Source: Bacillota bacterium (lineage in GTDB: Bacteria; Bacillota; Clostridia; Christensenellales; Aristaeellaceae). Taken from it: a stretch of DNA of 64,000 nt. Below are positions 49,374 to 58,851 of the stretch, in pieces. The stretch's first letter is position 1; each line of letters starts with the position of its first letter. The stretch covers positions 815 through 64,814 of the forward strand of contig JAKPNM010000005.1 of NCBI GenBank assembly GCA_029548395.1, written 5' to 3'. The notes under the pieces were generated by a model. The model ran no database searches and was not told the origin of the DNA. It saw only the letters and a list, made by a program, of their open reading frames with translations. The translations under genes and the position numbers were made by a program.

Positions 49374-51719
49374 TTATTTCAGGGTTACAACTGTCACCCC
49401 GGTTTCACCCTCGCCATACTTCCCTGCTCGCTGTGAGGCAACCAGGTGGTGACGCTTGAGGTGCGTGCGCAGTCCGGCGCGCAACGTGCCGGTGCCCTTT
49501 CCATGGATGATAAAGACCTCGTGCAGCCCGGCCAGGGTGGCTGAATCAAGGTAGTTGTCCACTGCGGCCATGGCTTCATCCAGCGCCATGCCGCGCACGT
49601 CGCACTCCATCTTGACGCTGCGCTCACCCGCGCCTGTGTTGGCGCGGACGACAGTTTGCTTTTGCGCGCGCTGCTGGGAGGCGGGGCGCAGCTGGTTTAC
49701 AGGCACGCGCATTTTGAGGATGCCCGCCTGCACCTGGACCTCGTCCTTGGCGTCCGGGAGGCTGAGCACGGTAGCCGGCGCGTTGTTGACCGCGAGCAGC
49801 ACCTGCATGTTGACCTGGATGTCCTGCGCGCTGAGCTCATCCCCGGTGGCGCCGCTGTCCAGCCCGCCTGAAAACTCATCGCCCAGCGCGCGCATGCGCC
49901 GCCGCAGCTCGTTTATCGCGTTGGGGTCTGCAGCTTTGAGGTTTTTCAGCTCCTCAAGCACCGCTGCGCTCTCCCTGCGGGCCTTTTCGACAATGCGCTT
50001 TGCCTCGTCACGGGCCTTGGCGCGCGCGCCTTCGCGCAGCGCGGCCATCTCCCGGTGCAGCTCCTGCACCTCACGCTTGAGGCGCAGGGACTCCTGGTGG
50101 GCGGCTTCGGCCTGCTCGCGCTCGCGCTGGGCGGCCTGGCGCTGGTCCTGGGCGCTGGCAATCACATCCTCAAACAGCAGGGTTTCTTTGCTGAGCAGCT
50201 CTTGGGCGTCTGCGATCAGGCGGTCGGACAAGCCCAGGCGCCGGGAGATTTCGAAGGCATTGGACTTTCCGGGCACACCGATGGACAGGCGGTAGGTGGG
50301 GGAGAGGGTGGCCACGTCAAATTCCACGCTGGCGTTCTCGGCCCCCGGTGTGGCCAAGGCAAAGGCTTTCAGCTCGCTGTAGTGGGTGGTGGCCACGCAG
50401 CGGATGCCCAGCTTGAGCATCCTTTGCAAAATGGCCTGGGCCAGGGCGGCGCCTTCGGTCGGGTCGGTGCCCGCGCCCAATTCGTCAAACAGCACCAGGT
50501 CCTCTTTGCCGGCTTCCTCAAGGATGGACACGATGTTGGTCATGTGTGAGGAGAAGGTGGACAGCGATTGCTCAATGCTCTGCTCATCGCCAATGTCCGC
50601 GAAAACCCGCTCAAACATGGCCACCTGCGTGCCCAGCTGTCCGGGAACGTGCAAACCGGCCAGCGCCATGAGCGTGATCAGGCCCACGGTCTTGAGCGTT
50701 ACGGTCTTGCCGCCGGTGTTGGGGCCTGTGATGACCAGCGTGGTAAAGCCCTCCCCCAGCCACAGGTCACAGGGGACGACGACCTCATCGGGAATCAGCG
50801 GGTGGCGCACCTTGACAAACTTCAAATAGCCCCTGCGGTTGATCTGCGGGCGGATGGCGCGCTGCCGCCGCGCCAGGGCGGCCTTGGCAAAGCGGAAGTC
50901 CATTTCCACCAGGATCTCCAGGTTTTCCGCCACCTCATCCGCCTGGTCGCCCACATTCGCTGACAGCTCGGCCAGAATGCGCTCAATCTCCACGCGTTCC
51001 TTGGCCTGCCATTCCTTCAGCTCGTTGCCGGCTTCAACCACGGCCATGGGCTCAATAAACAGGGTAGCGCCGGTTGCGGACTGGTCATGCACCAGACCGG
51101 GCACCTGGCTGCGGAACTCCTGGCGCACAGGCAGCACATAGCGGCCATTGCGCATGGTAATCAGGCTGTCCTGCAGATATTTGGAGGAGCTGCCATGGGC
51201 GATGGCCTGAAGGCGCTCGCGGATACGCTCGTTGCATTGCCGCATGTGCCGGCGGATGTCCGCCAGCTGCGCGCTAGCGGTGTCGGCCACCTCTTCTTCT
51301 GAGATGAGCGCGTCAGAAATGGCGCGCTCCAGCGGCCTGAGCGGAGCCAGGCGGGAGGCCAGGGCGGTCAGCTGCGGGGTGCGCTCCTCCTCGTCCCGGA
51401 CCAGGGCGTTGCGGGATGCAGCCGCCGCACGCAGCAGCTCCGCCGTGTCAAGCAGCGCCCGCGGCGGCAGGGTGGAGCCCTTGCGCGCCAGGCTCAGCCA
51501 GCCGGAGATGTCCTTGAACGGGATCAGGGGATTGTCGCCGCGGCGCAGCAGCACCAGCAGCGCTTCCTCGGTCTCGTGCTGGGCGCGTTCCACCTGCTCA
51601 ATGCGGCCATAGGGCACAAGGCCCGCGCAGCGCTGCTGTCCAGGCTCGGTCAGCGCATAGGTTTTCAGCTGCTCGATGATCTTGTTGAATTCCAGGGTGC
51701 GCAGGGCTTTCTGGTTCAT
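49374..51719 (-). CDS. mutS2: Endonuclease MutS2
   Basis: 781 aa. MutS domain V ATPase (GPNTGGKT), a long coiled region and a C-terminal Smr domain (IHGKGTG.LR). Confidence 0.95.
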   Translation of the reverse strand: MNQKALRTLEFNKIIEQLKTYALTEPGQQRCAGLVPYGRIEQVERAQHETEEALLVLLRRGDNPLIPFKDISGWLSLARKGSTLPPRALLDTAELLRAAAASRNALVRDEEERTPQLTALASRLAPLRPLERAISDALISEEEVADTASAQLADIRRHMRQCNERIRERLQAIAHGSSSKYLQDSLITMRNGRYVLPVRQEFRSQVPGLVHDQSATGATLFIEPMAVVEAGNELKEWQAKERVEIERILAELSANVGDQADEVAENLEILVEMDFRFAKAALARRQRAIRPQINRRGYLKFVKVRHPLIPDEVVVPCDLWLGEGFTTLVITGPNTGGKTVTLKTVGLITLMALAGLHVPGQLGTQVAMFERVFADIGDEQSIEQSLSTFSSHMTNIVSILEEAGKEDLVLFDELGAGTDPTEGAALAQAILQRMLKLGIRCVATTHYSELKAFALATPGAENASVEFDVATLSPTYRLSIGVPGKSNAFEISRRLGLSDRLIADAQELLSKETLLFEDVIASAQDQRQAAQREREQAEAAHQESLRLKREVQELHREMAALREGARAKARDEAKRIVEKARRESAAVLEELKNLKAADPNAINELRRRMRALGDEFSGGLDSGATGDELSAQDIQVNMQVLLAVNNAPATVLSLPDAKDEVQVQAGILKMRVPVNQLRPASQQRAQKQTVVRANTGAGERSVKMECDVRGMALDEAMAAVDNYLDSATLAGLHEVFIIHGKGTGTLRAGLRTHLKRHHLVASQRAGKYGEGETGVTVVTLK

Positions 51720-51749
51720 ACGTGCCTCCGGTTCATGCAGTGTACGCGC

Positions 51750-54071
51750 TTATTCTACGCCCAGCAGGAAACGAACCGGCTGGGGCTGAATGCTGTTTTC
51801 AGCAGTGCCGCCACGGATGAGCGCGGCATAGTGACGGGTGACGCGCAGGGCCTGTTTCTGCCCGTCCAGGCGCAGGTCCATCAGCCAGCTCATCCTTGGC
51901 GCCAGGGTGGACAGGTGAAGCGGCGTGTGGTGGTACAGCGCGATCAGGCAGCTGTCATCAAAATGCGTGGGGGCGAGCGGGTAGCGCGCGTCCAGGCGGT
52001 CCACAAGGCTTTGCCCGCGGATGCCCTGGCTGTGCTCACACAGCGTGCAGCCGGCCTTGTTCCTGTCCAGCCCGCGGATCTGGCGCTCCGGGCAGTGGTT
52101 GAGCTGCATCAGCGCGGCGCGCCCGTAAACCGGCAGGATCAGCTCCATCACATCCGTGGGCAGGCTGGAAATCTCCTCGCGCGACAGCTCTCTGGACAAC
52201 ACGCAGGCGGTGACGCCAAAAGCCCTCAGCAAGCGGAGGCTGCGCTCATTCCAGGCCGGGATGCCTTCACCGCTCATGGTCGCGCCGGCGGTCAACTGCC
52301 CGATGTTGTCCGCCATCAGGCGCAGCCCTGCCTCCCGGGCCAGGCTGACTGCCCTGTCCAGATCGGCCCCGGACAGCTGCCGGGGCAGCAGCAGCGTGTC
52401 CCCGGGCACGGCGTTCCCCAGCGTCTGTTCTAATGCGCCCCTGCGATAGGTGTCGAGATAGGTGATGATATGATCCGCTCCGGCGTCCAGAAAGGCGGCG
52501 CGGTTCGCGCCCGCCGGCAGGATGGCCATCAGCCGCGGCGCGGATACGCTGTCGTTGAAGCCGGAAAACGGAGCCAGGGTGGCTTTGCCGGGCTCAGGCA
52601 GCTGATGGGCGGCAATCAGCTTTTCCTCCAGCTGGGCCAGCGCGTCCCGGCGCAGCGCGTTGAGCGCGCTCGTGCTTAAAAAGGCGGGTGCTGAGCTGTT
52701 CACAGACAGCTTGTCCAATATAAAGGGGGTGCCGCCTGTCTTGTCCAGCTGTTTGCGGGCGGAGGATGGGTCCAGCGGCCTGTTCTGCGCCGCCTGTGCG
52801 GTCTCCCCCCAAACCTGCGCGCTCACTGCGCCGCGACGTACAGTCAGCTGCGAAGCCTGCCCGGGCGTCAAGGTCAGTTCCGCGTCAAAGGCCAGGGACG
52901 GCAGCGCCTCCGCCGCCCGCCGGGCGCGCAGCAGCTGCGCTTCATCCTGCAGCTTCCAGACGGTATCCCGCGCAGAAGGCGCCTGGCGCAGCCGCAGGGT
53001 CGCCTCCCCGCCGGCGTCCACAGGCGGTCCGGAATAGATGCACTCCTGCTCCTCCCGGCCGCGCAGCTGCAAACCATCGCCGTTGCCCAGGGGCCTGTCC
53101 AGCTTGACCCTGGTCAGGACAAAGCCTGCCCGCGGCTGCACTGCCGTCACACGCCCCAGGCAGACCCCCAGGTGGGAGACATGCTGTTCCCCGATCAGGG
53201 CCGCGTCCTGCTGTCCCAGGGCGTGGCCCGAGGTAAAGCCGCGGCTGAATATCTGCTCAAGCGCCCTCTGATCCGCCCGCAGGTCGCCCATGGGCAGCTT
53301 GTTTGCCGCGCGATCCAGCGCCCGGCGGTAGATATCCGTCACGATGTAGACATACTCAGCGCGTTTCAAGCGGCCCTCAATCTTGAAACTGCCGGCGCCT
53401 GCGGACAGCAGCTGCGGCAAGGCCTCCAGGGTGTTCAGGTCGCGCATGGACAGCAGCCCGCCGGCATGGTCCTTGTAGCGGTACTTTAGCCGGCAGGGCT
53501 GGGCACATCTGCCGCGGTTGCCGCTGCGCCCGCCGATCTGCGAGGAGAAAAGGCACTGCCCGCTGACGGAAACGCACATGGCGCCGTGGACAAAGACCTC
53601 CGTCTGTATGCCGGTTCCGGCGACCTCACGCATGGCGTCCAGGCTGCATTCCCGGGCCAGCACCACGCGGGAGATGCCCAATTGCTGCAACACGCGTGCG
53701 CCGGGGGCATTGTGCACGCTCATCTGGGTGCTGGCATGGACGCACATCTGCGGATAGGCTGATTTGATAAGCCCCGCCAGGCCCAGGTCCTGCACGATCA
53801 GCGCGTCCGCGCGCAAGGCGGCAAGGCGCTCCAGCAAGGATCGCAGGCTGTCCGTCTCCTGCGGCTTGATCAGGGTGTTGACAGTCACATACACGCGCAC
53901 GCCGTACAGGTGCGCGAAACGGATGGCGTCCTCCAGCGCCCGGTCGTCAAAACCGGCCGTGGCGCGCGCGCCAAAGGCCGCGGCGCCCAGATAGACAGCG
54001 TCCGCGCCCGCGGCAATGGCGGCGCGCAGGGCTTCCGGGCTGCCGGCAGGGGAGAGCAGCTCAGGCTTCAT
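51750..54071 (-). CDS. Peptidase-U32-family protein, long form
   Basis: ATG at 54071: MKPELLSPAGS.EAL.AAI.AGADAVY.G, the U32 N-terminal signature. About 773 aa with an extended C-terminal region. It overlaps the zapA stop by 11 nt. Confidence 0.8.
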   Translation of the reverse strand: MKPELLSPAGSPEALRAAIAAGADAVYLGAAAFGARATAGFDDRALEDAIRFAHLYGVRVYVTVNTLIKPQETDSLRSLLERLAALRADALIVQDLGLAGLIKSAYPQMCVHASTQMSVHNAPGARVLQQLGISRVVLARECSLDAMREVAGTGIQTEVFVHGAMCVSVSGQCLFSSQIGGRSGNRGRCAQPCRLKYRYKDHAGGLLSMRDLNTLEALPQLLSAGAGSFKIEGRLKRAEYVYIVTDIYRRALDRAANKLPMGDLRADQRALEQIFSRGFTSGHALGQQDAALIGEQHVSHLGVCLGRVTAVQPRAGFVLTRVKLDRPLGNGDGLQLRGREEQECIYSGPPVDAGGEATLRLRQAPSARDTVWKLQDEAQLLRARRAAEALPSLAFDAELTLTPGQASQLTVRRGAVSAQVWGETAQAAQNRPLDPSSARKQLDKTGGTPFILDKLSVNSSAPAFLSTSALNALRRDALAQLEEKLIAAHQLPEPGKATLAPFSGFNDSVSAPRLMAILPAGANRAAFLDAGADHIITYLDTYRRGALEQTLGNAVPGDTLLLPRQLSGADLDRAVSLAREAGLRLMADNIGQLTAGATMSGEGIPAWNERSLRLLRAFGVTACVLSRELSREEISSLPTDVMELILPVYGRAALMQLNHCPERQIRGLDRNKAGCTLCEHSQGIRGQSLVDRLDARYPLAPTHFDDSCLIALYHHTPLHLSTLAPRMSWLMDLRLDGQKQALRVTRHYAALIRGGTAENSIQPQPVRFLLGVE

Positions 54072-54330
54072 CCGCCGCGCCTTTGCGGATGCTCTCCAGC
54101 TGTTCGCGCAGCCGCGCGGCCATGGTCTGCGCTTTGACCAGCTCATCCGCGAGGGACAGGGCTGCAGCCACTGCGCAGGCCTCAGCGTTCAGGCCGGGGT
54201 TTTGCGCTGCGGTTTCCCGTATGCGCCGGTCCGTCATCTCTGCCAGGCGATGGTAGTGGCCGGGCTCCTCCATGCCGGAAAGCTGGAAGGACTTTCCGGC
54301 CACCTGGACTGTTTGAGTGGTAAGCTTCAT
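54061..54330 (-). CDS. zapA: Cell division protein ZapA
   Basis: 89 aa. V.VAGKSF.L.G.EE..H...LAEM.D..I....NPGLN...AV.AAL.LA pattern followed by a C-terminal coiled coil. Confidence 0.65.
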   Translation of the reverse strand: MKLTTQTVQVAGKSFQLSGMEEPGHYHRLAEMTDRRIRETAAQNPGLNAEACAVAAALSLADELVKAQTMAARLREQLESIRKGAADEA

Positions 54331-54989
54331 TGCTTCAGGCGCGTGAAGGGATATTCCACGCCATAGGTCTCCACGCGGATGCTTTGGATGACCTGGTCCT
54401 CAAAGGGGCGGTCAGCGTTGTTGCGCCTGGCGGACACAATCTGGTCTGCCGCTTCCATGCCGGTGAGCACTTTGCCAAAGGCGGCGTAGCTGCCATCCAG
54501 GTGCGGCGCGTCCGCTACCATGATGAAAAACTGACTGCCTGCGGAATCCATGCGCATGCTGCGCGCCATGCTCAACACGCCGCGGGTGTGTTTGAGGCTG
54601 TTGGTGACGCCGTTGCCTGAAAATTCCCCCTTGATGGCATAGCCCGGGCCGCCCATGCCGGTGCCGTCGGGGCAGCCGCCCTGAATCATGAACCCGGGGA
54701 TGACCCGGTGGAAAATCAGCCCGTCATAAAAGGAAGCGTTGGCCAGGGCGATAAAGTTGCCCACGCTTTCCGGCGCGATCTGCGGATAGAGCTCCCCGGT
54801 AAGCACCTGGCCGCTTTTCATGGTGATGGTAAAGGTAGGGTTCTGGTTCATACTTTCCTCCGGTTGTTGATTTGGCGGCTGCGCTTCCCTTGTGGCGGAC
54901 ACGCCCGGCGATAGCATCATCAGGCACAGAACAGTTGCAAACAGCCTGGCAAGACTGCGCCAATGGGGGTGTTGTAGCGAAAAACTCAT
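54327..54989 (-). CDS. Secreted cyclophilin-type peptidyl-prolyl cis-trans isomerase
   Basis: ATG at 54989 follows AAAGGAGG. Signal peptide, then FHRVIPGFMIQGG...GTGMGGPGY, HTRGVLSMAR, SQFFI. Confidence 0.85.
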   Translation of the reverse strand: MSFSLQHPHWRSLARLFATVLCLMMLSPGVSATREAQPPNQQPEESMNQNPTFTITMKSGQVLTGELYPQIAPESVGNFIALANASFYDGLIFHRVIPGFMIQGGCPDGTGMGGPGYAIKGEFSGNGVTNSLKHTRGVLSMARSMRMDSAGSQFFIMVADAPHLDGSYAAFGKVLTGMEAADQIVSARRNNADRPFEDQVIQSIRVETYGVEYPFTRLKQ

Positions 54990-55253
54990 CACAGCCTCCT
55001 TTGTGTGTCTCTGACATGATGCGGACAAGCTGAGAATACCACAGGAAGCGGCATACAACAAGAATCGGGTTGCTCTCCTGCGCTTTTGTGGCGTCAGGCC
55101 GGCATGTGCCTTGCGTGCGGTAAGAGGCAAAGGGTCCGGGCTTTGGGAGAATTCGTGTGTCATGATCTTGTTCCTGTTTTTACGCTTGAGGAGATCAACA
55201 GCGTTCTCTGCGTTCCAACGCGTTCTTACGTGAAATTAATAGCGCGCGAATGC

Positions 55254-55282
55254 TTGACAAACGGCCTCTCCTTTAGTAAGAT
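55254..55282 (+). promoter_or_regulatory. Promoter of tRNA cluster 1
   Basis: TTGACA, 17-nt spacer, TAAGAT, 28 nt upstream of tRNA-Pro. Confidence 0.55.
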
Positions 55283-55310
55283 AAGCCTCGCCGCTCATCG
55301 CGGCAACCTT

Positions 55311-55387
55311 CGGGGTGTAGCGCAGCCTGGTAGCGCACGTGCTTTGGGAGCATGGGGCCGGGGGTTCAAATCCCTTCACCCCGACCA
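55311..55387 (+). tRNA. tRNA-Pro (anticodon TGG)
   Basis: Hand-folded cloverleaf: acceptor CGGGGTG/CACCCCG, anticodon loop TTTGGGA, T-loop TTCAAAT, encoded CCA. Confidence 0.85.
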
Positions 55388-55410
55388 TTTCGGGTGAAAA
55401 GGGTCTGTGA

Positions 55411-55485
55411 GGCCCCGTGGTCAAGCGGTTAAGACACCGCCCTTTCACGGCGGTAACAGGGGTTCGAGTCCCCTCGGGGTCACCA
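55411..55485 (+). tRNA. tRNA-Glu (anticodon TTC)
   Basis: Cloverleaf with anticodon stem CCGCC/GGCGG, loop CTTTCAC, T-loop TTCGAGT, encoded CCA. Confidence 0.85.
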
Positions 55486-55501
55486 CTTTTCCCAAGGACA
55501 C

Positions 55502-55578
<77 letters not shown>

Positions 55579-55586
55579 TTCCACCT

Positions 55587-55663
55587 GGCCCGGTAGTTCA
55601 GTTGGTTAGAATGCCAGCCTGTCACGCTGGAGGTCGAGGGTTCGAGCCCCTTCCGGGTCGCCA
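55587..55663 (+). tRNA. tRNA-Asp (anticodon GTC), copy 1
   Basis: Anticodon loop CTGTCAC, T-loop TTCGAGC, encoded CCA. Identical to the copy at 59697-59773. Confidence 0.9.
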
Positions 55664-55686
55664 TTTTCCCTGCTGGTTGGGTCCTT

Positions 55687-55762
55687 GCTGGTGTAGCTCA
55701 ATTGGCAGAGCAGCTGATTTGTAATCAGCAGGTTGCGGGTTCAAGTCCCTTCACCAGCTCCA
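55687..55762 (+). tRNA. tRNA-Thr (anticodon TGT)
   Basis: Acceptor GCTGGTG/CACCAGC, anticodon loop TTTGTAA, T-loop TTCAAGT, encoded CCA. Confidence 0.85.
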
Positions 55763-55765
55763 CCT

Positions 55766-55850
<85 letters not shown>

Positions 55851-55853
55851 CGA

Positions 55854-55886
55854 CAGCGGCTTTCGCGATGAAGGCTGCTGTTTTTG
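55854..55886 (+). terminator. Terminator of tRNA cluster 1
   Basis: CAGCGGC, 13-nt loop, GCTGCTG (one G-U pair), followed by TTTTTGTG. Confidence 0.5.
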
Positions 55887-56051
55887 TGCCGATTATTTTT
55901 ATCACACAGGCATGAGGATGGTCCGGTGAGGCGTTATATTGCTGGATATGATGCGCTGCGCATCGCCTGATTGTGTGTTATGCTGCGAATGACAGAACAA
56001 CAATCATCCGTTTGCTTCTTGGATACGACGACTGGTCATCCGGAGGAAAGC

Positions 56052-57677
56052 ATGAGTAGGAAACTCCTGATCATATTCCTGGCCTGCACGATGCTTGTGC
56101 CCGCGTCGCCCCTTCAGGCTCAGGAAGATCCTGCCTTGCCCTATACGGTGGAGGGCTATACGCTGACCATCCACGAAGGCGTGCAGGCGCTGGGGTATGA
56201 TGCGGAATCCTGGATTGCCTGCCGCGGAGAGGAGGAACCGCCCAATGTGCCGCTGGTCTTTGACAGGAGCTTTCTTCCGCTCAAGCGCGTTGTTTTTCCC
56301 AGCACCCTGCGGCATCTGAGCTCCACCTCTTTCTTCGGATACACCTTTTCAAGCCTGACGCTGCCGGAGGGCTTGGAAGACTTTGATGCGGACTGTTTTT
56401 ATTATTGCACCATCGGCACCCTGGAGCTGCCGTCCACCCTTTGCCTGCAATGGGGAGCGTTTCTTAAACAAGCCTGGGTCAGCCGCGTGGAGGTGAGCGA
56501 AGCCCACCCCGACTTGAAATCGGTGGACGGCATCCTGTATTCCAGGGACGGCAGCATTTTGTATTATTATCCCAATCAGCGGCAGGATACTTTTTTTGAG
56601 GTGCCTGCAGGTGTCCGGCGCATTTGGGACTATGCCTTTGCGGGCAACCATTATCTGCAGAGCGTCACCCTGCCCCTGGGGCTTGTCCGCATCGACGAAG
56701 GCGCGTTTTCCGATTGCGGGCGCCTGTCATCCATCGCGCTCCCGCTGACGCTGGAGTATTTGGGGGATTATGCCTTCAGCGATTGCGTCAGCCTGCAGCG
56801 CGTGTCCCCACACCCGGGGATGGCGCTGTTGACCTCGGTGTTTTTAAACTGCCCGCTGCTGTCCGGAAGCTCCGCTTTTGAGGGCGATGAGGGCGGCAAT
56901 GAACAGGGCCCGGTGGCCTATGAAACGCGGCGGTTTTACTTTAACCGTTGGGGCCGCAACCTGGTTGCCTCCGGGGAAGGGCAGGTGCAGGTGAGGCAGC
57001 AGCCGCGGCCGGACAGCCCTGTTGTGGCCACCCTGCCTGACTGGACGAATGTTTATAACATCGGGGAATTGAAGGGGGACTGGGTTGAAATTACCTGGGT
57101 TGTCTGGCAGCAGGGAACGCAGGCGGAGGAATGGCAGCATACCGGCTTTGTGCCCGTCCAGGCGCTGCGGCCCTGTCCGGGCAGTGAAGGAAATTTGTTC
57201 ACCTTGTTCAGCGTCTGCCCCAAAAACCCGCAGGTTCAGGTGTATGAAGCGACTTTCGCCAACAGGGAGGAAGCGCTGTCGCGCCCGATCGGCGGCCTTG
57301 CCTGGCAGGATTTCCGACTTGAGGATTACACCGGCAGCGTCTGGGGGGATTGGCTGGCCTTTTACTATCCGGATAACACCGAGGATGATGAGGGATGGGT
57401 CACTATGGATGAGCGTCCGGCCTTTGCCAGCGCGCATGATTTTACCTACACCCGCCTGCGCACCGGCGACGAGCGTATGCTGTGCCTGCTCTTGCCGCAT
57501 GAGCGGGAGGAGCCCCTGCTGCTTGAACCCGGCGGTCAAACCATCGCCAGCCTGATCATCGGCACCCAGGCCGAGGTCCTGCAGCAGGAGGCTGACTTCA
57601 CCCGGATCAGGGTCAGGGGACAGGAAGGCTATGTGCGCACGGCGTCCGTTGTCCTTGTTCCGCAGGCGGATGAATGA
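56052..57677 (+). CDS. Secreted BspA-type leucine-rich-repeat protein with C-terminal SH3b-like domains
   Basis: ATG at 56052 follows GGAGGAAAG. Signal peptide MSRKLLIIFLACTMLVPASPLQA. LRR_5-like repeats (...IWDYAFAGNHYLQSVTLP.GLVRIDEGAFSDC..L.SI.LP..LEYLGDYAFSDC). Two SH3b-like segments (VRQQPRPDSPVVATL..., ...FTRIRVRGQEGYVRTASV). Confidence 0.7.
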   Translation: MSRKLLIIFLACTMLVPASPLQAQEDPALPYTVEGYTLTIHEGVQALGYDAESWIACRGEEEPPNVPLVFDRSFLPLKRVVFPSTLRHLSSTSFFGYTFSSLTLPEGLEDFDADCFYYCTIGTLELPSTLCLQWGAFLKQAWVSRVEVSEAHPDLKSVDGILYSRDGSILYYYPNQRQDTFFEVPAGVRRIWDYAFAGNHYLQSVTLPLGLVRIDEGAFSDCGRLSSIALPLTLEYLGDYAFSDCVSLQRVSPHPGMALLTSVFLNCPLLSGSSAFEGDEGGNEQGPVAYETRRFYFNRWGRNLVASGEGQVQVRQQPRPDSPVVATLPDWTNVYNIGELKGDWVEITWVVWQQGTQAEEWQHTGFVPVQALRPCPGSEGNLFTLFSVCPKNPQVQVYEATFANREEALSRPIGGLAWQDFRLEDYTGSVWGDWLAFYYPDNTEDDEGWVTMDERPAFASAHDFTYTRLRTGDERMLCLLLPHEREEPLLLEPGGQTIASLIIGTQAEVLQQEADFTRIRVRGQEGYVRTASVVLVPQADE

Positions 57678-57691
57678 AAGGAAGGAAGACA

Positions 57692-58747
57692 ATGAAACCG
57701 CGCGCTATTATTCTTTGCCTTGTCCTGTTGATGATGCTCAGCCTGCCGGCATTAAATGCTGCCGGTTCCTGGGTCCAGATCAACCAGCCCATCACCCGGC
57801 CGGAGGGCTGGCAGCGCTTTGTGGAAGAGAGCCCCTTTATCCTGGGGGACAAGGCGCCCTACGCGCAGGACAGCCCCCTGACGCTGCAGCAGTGGGGCAA
57901 TTACCCCAGCATCGATGGCTCCACCGTCTGCGTGCCCCTGGGGATGGAGCTGGCCCGCCAGCACCTGTCCATTCCGGAAGCGGACCTGGCTGGCTTTGTC
58001 AACTTCTCCACCACGCATTCAGCCTATGAGCGGCTGATTCTGGGCAGGCCCAACCCCAATGTGAGCCTGGCATCGTGCCAGACCGTGCTGGACCCTGAAA
58101 AACCGGTGGACCTGATTCTGGTGACCGCGCCGTCAGATGAGGAGCAGGCCCTGGCCAGGGAGCAGGGCGTGGAACTGGTGCTGGCACCCTTTTGCTACGA
58201 CGCCTTTGTCTTTCTTGTCAACGCTGAGAATCCTGTGGACAGCCTGACAGCGCAGCAGATCCGGGACATCTATGCAGGCAGGATCCTGGACTGGGGCCTG
58301 GTGGGCGGGACGGCGGGCTTGCCGCTGGAAGCCTTTCAGCGCCCCAAAAACTCCGGCTCCCAGACCGCGATGGAGCAATTGGTCATGCGGGGCCAGACGA
58401 TGTTTGCCGCCCAGGATAACTATATATCTGACGGCATGGGCGACCTGGTGCGGCAGGTTGGCAATTTCGACAGCGGCCAGCGCGCCCTGGGTTATTCCTA
58501 TCTGTACTATGTGACCGGGCTTTATAAATCCGGCGGCATCAAGGTGCTGTCGGTGGATGGCATCGCCCCGGCCCGTGAGAACCTGGTTTCCGGCCTGTAT
58601 CCCTTCACCGTCAGCTATTACGCGGTCTACCTGAAGGGCAATCAGACCGCCGAGCGCTTTGTCGAATGGCTCCAGGGCAGCGAAGGCCAGCAGGCCGTGC
58701 GCCAGGCCGGCTACATCCCCCTGGTTGAGGTGGGGGAAACCCCTTAG
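57692..58747 (+). CDS. PstS-like (PBP_like_2) substrate-binding domain protein, exported, no adjacent transporter genes
   Basis: ATG at 57692 follows GGAAGGAAG. Signal peptide MKPRAIILCLVLLMMLSLPALNA. IDGSTV..PL..., NPV.SLT..QIRDIY.G....W, RPKNSGSQ. ATG at 57674 is an alternative start. Confidence 0.65.
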   Translation: MKPRAIILCLVLLMMLSLPALNAAGSWVQINQPITRPEGWQRFVEESPFILGDKAPYAQDSPLTLQQWGNYPSIDGSTVCVPLGMELARQHLSIPEADLAGFVNFSTTHSAYERLILGRPNPNVSLASCQTVLDPEKPVDLILVTAPSDEEQALAREQGVELVLAPFCYDAFVFLVNAENPVDSLTAQQIRDIYAGRILDWGLVGGTAGLPLEAFQRPKNSGSQTAMEQLVMRGQTMFAAQDNYISDGMGDLVRQVGNFDSGQRALGYSYLYYVTGLYKSGGIKVLSVDGIAPARENLVSGLYPFTVSYYAVYLKGNQTAERFVEWLQGSEGQQAVRQAGYIPLVEVGETP

Positions 58748-58770
58748 CCTTTTTTATGCACCGATACGAA

Positions 58771-58810
58771 GCAGCCCTTGTGTCCGGCCTCGGGCTGTTC
58801 CTTTCTTTGC
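58771..58810 (+). terminator. Possible terminator after the binding-protein gene
   Basis: GCAGCCC, 14-nt loop, GGGCTGT, followed by TCCTTTCTTTG. Confidence 0.4.
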
Positions 58811-58851
58811 CGATCATGGTACAATAATACAAACGCCCACCGGAGGTCAGT

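Noticed and set aside
51750-54071. Annotating the U32 gene as a collagenase or virulence protease.
   Set aside because: It has no signal peptide and sits in a cytoplasmic operon context (zapA, mutS2). Characterised U32 members have been reassigned to hydroxylase chemistry, so the protease label is historical.
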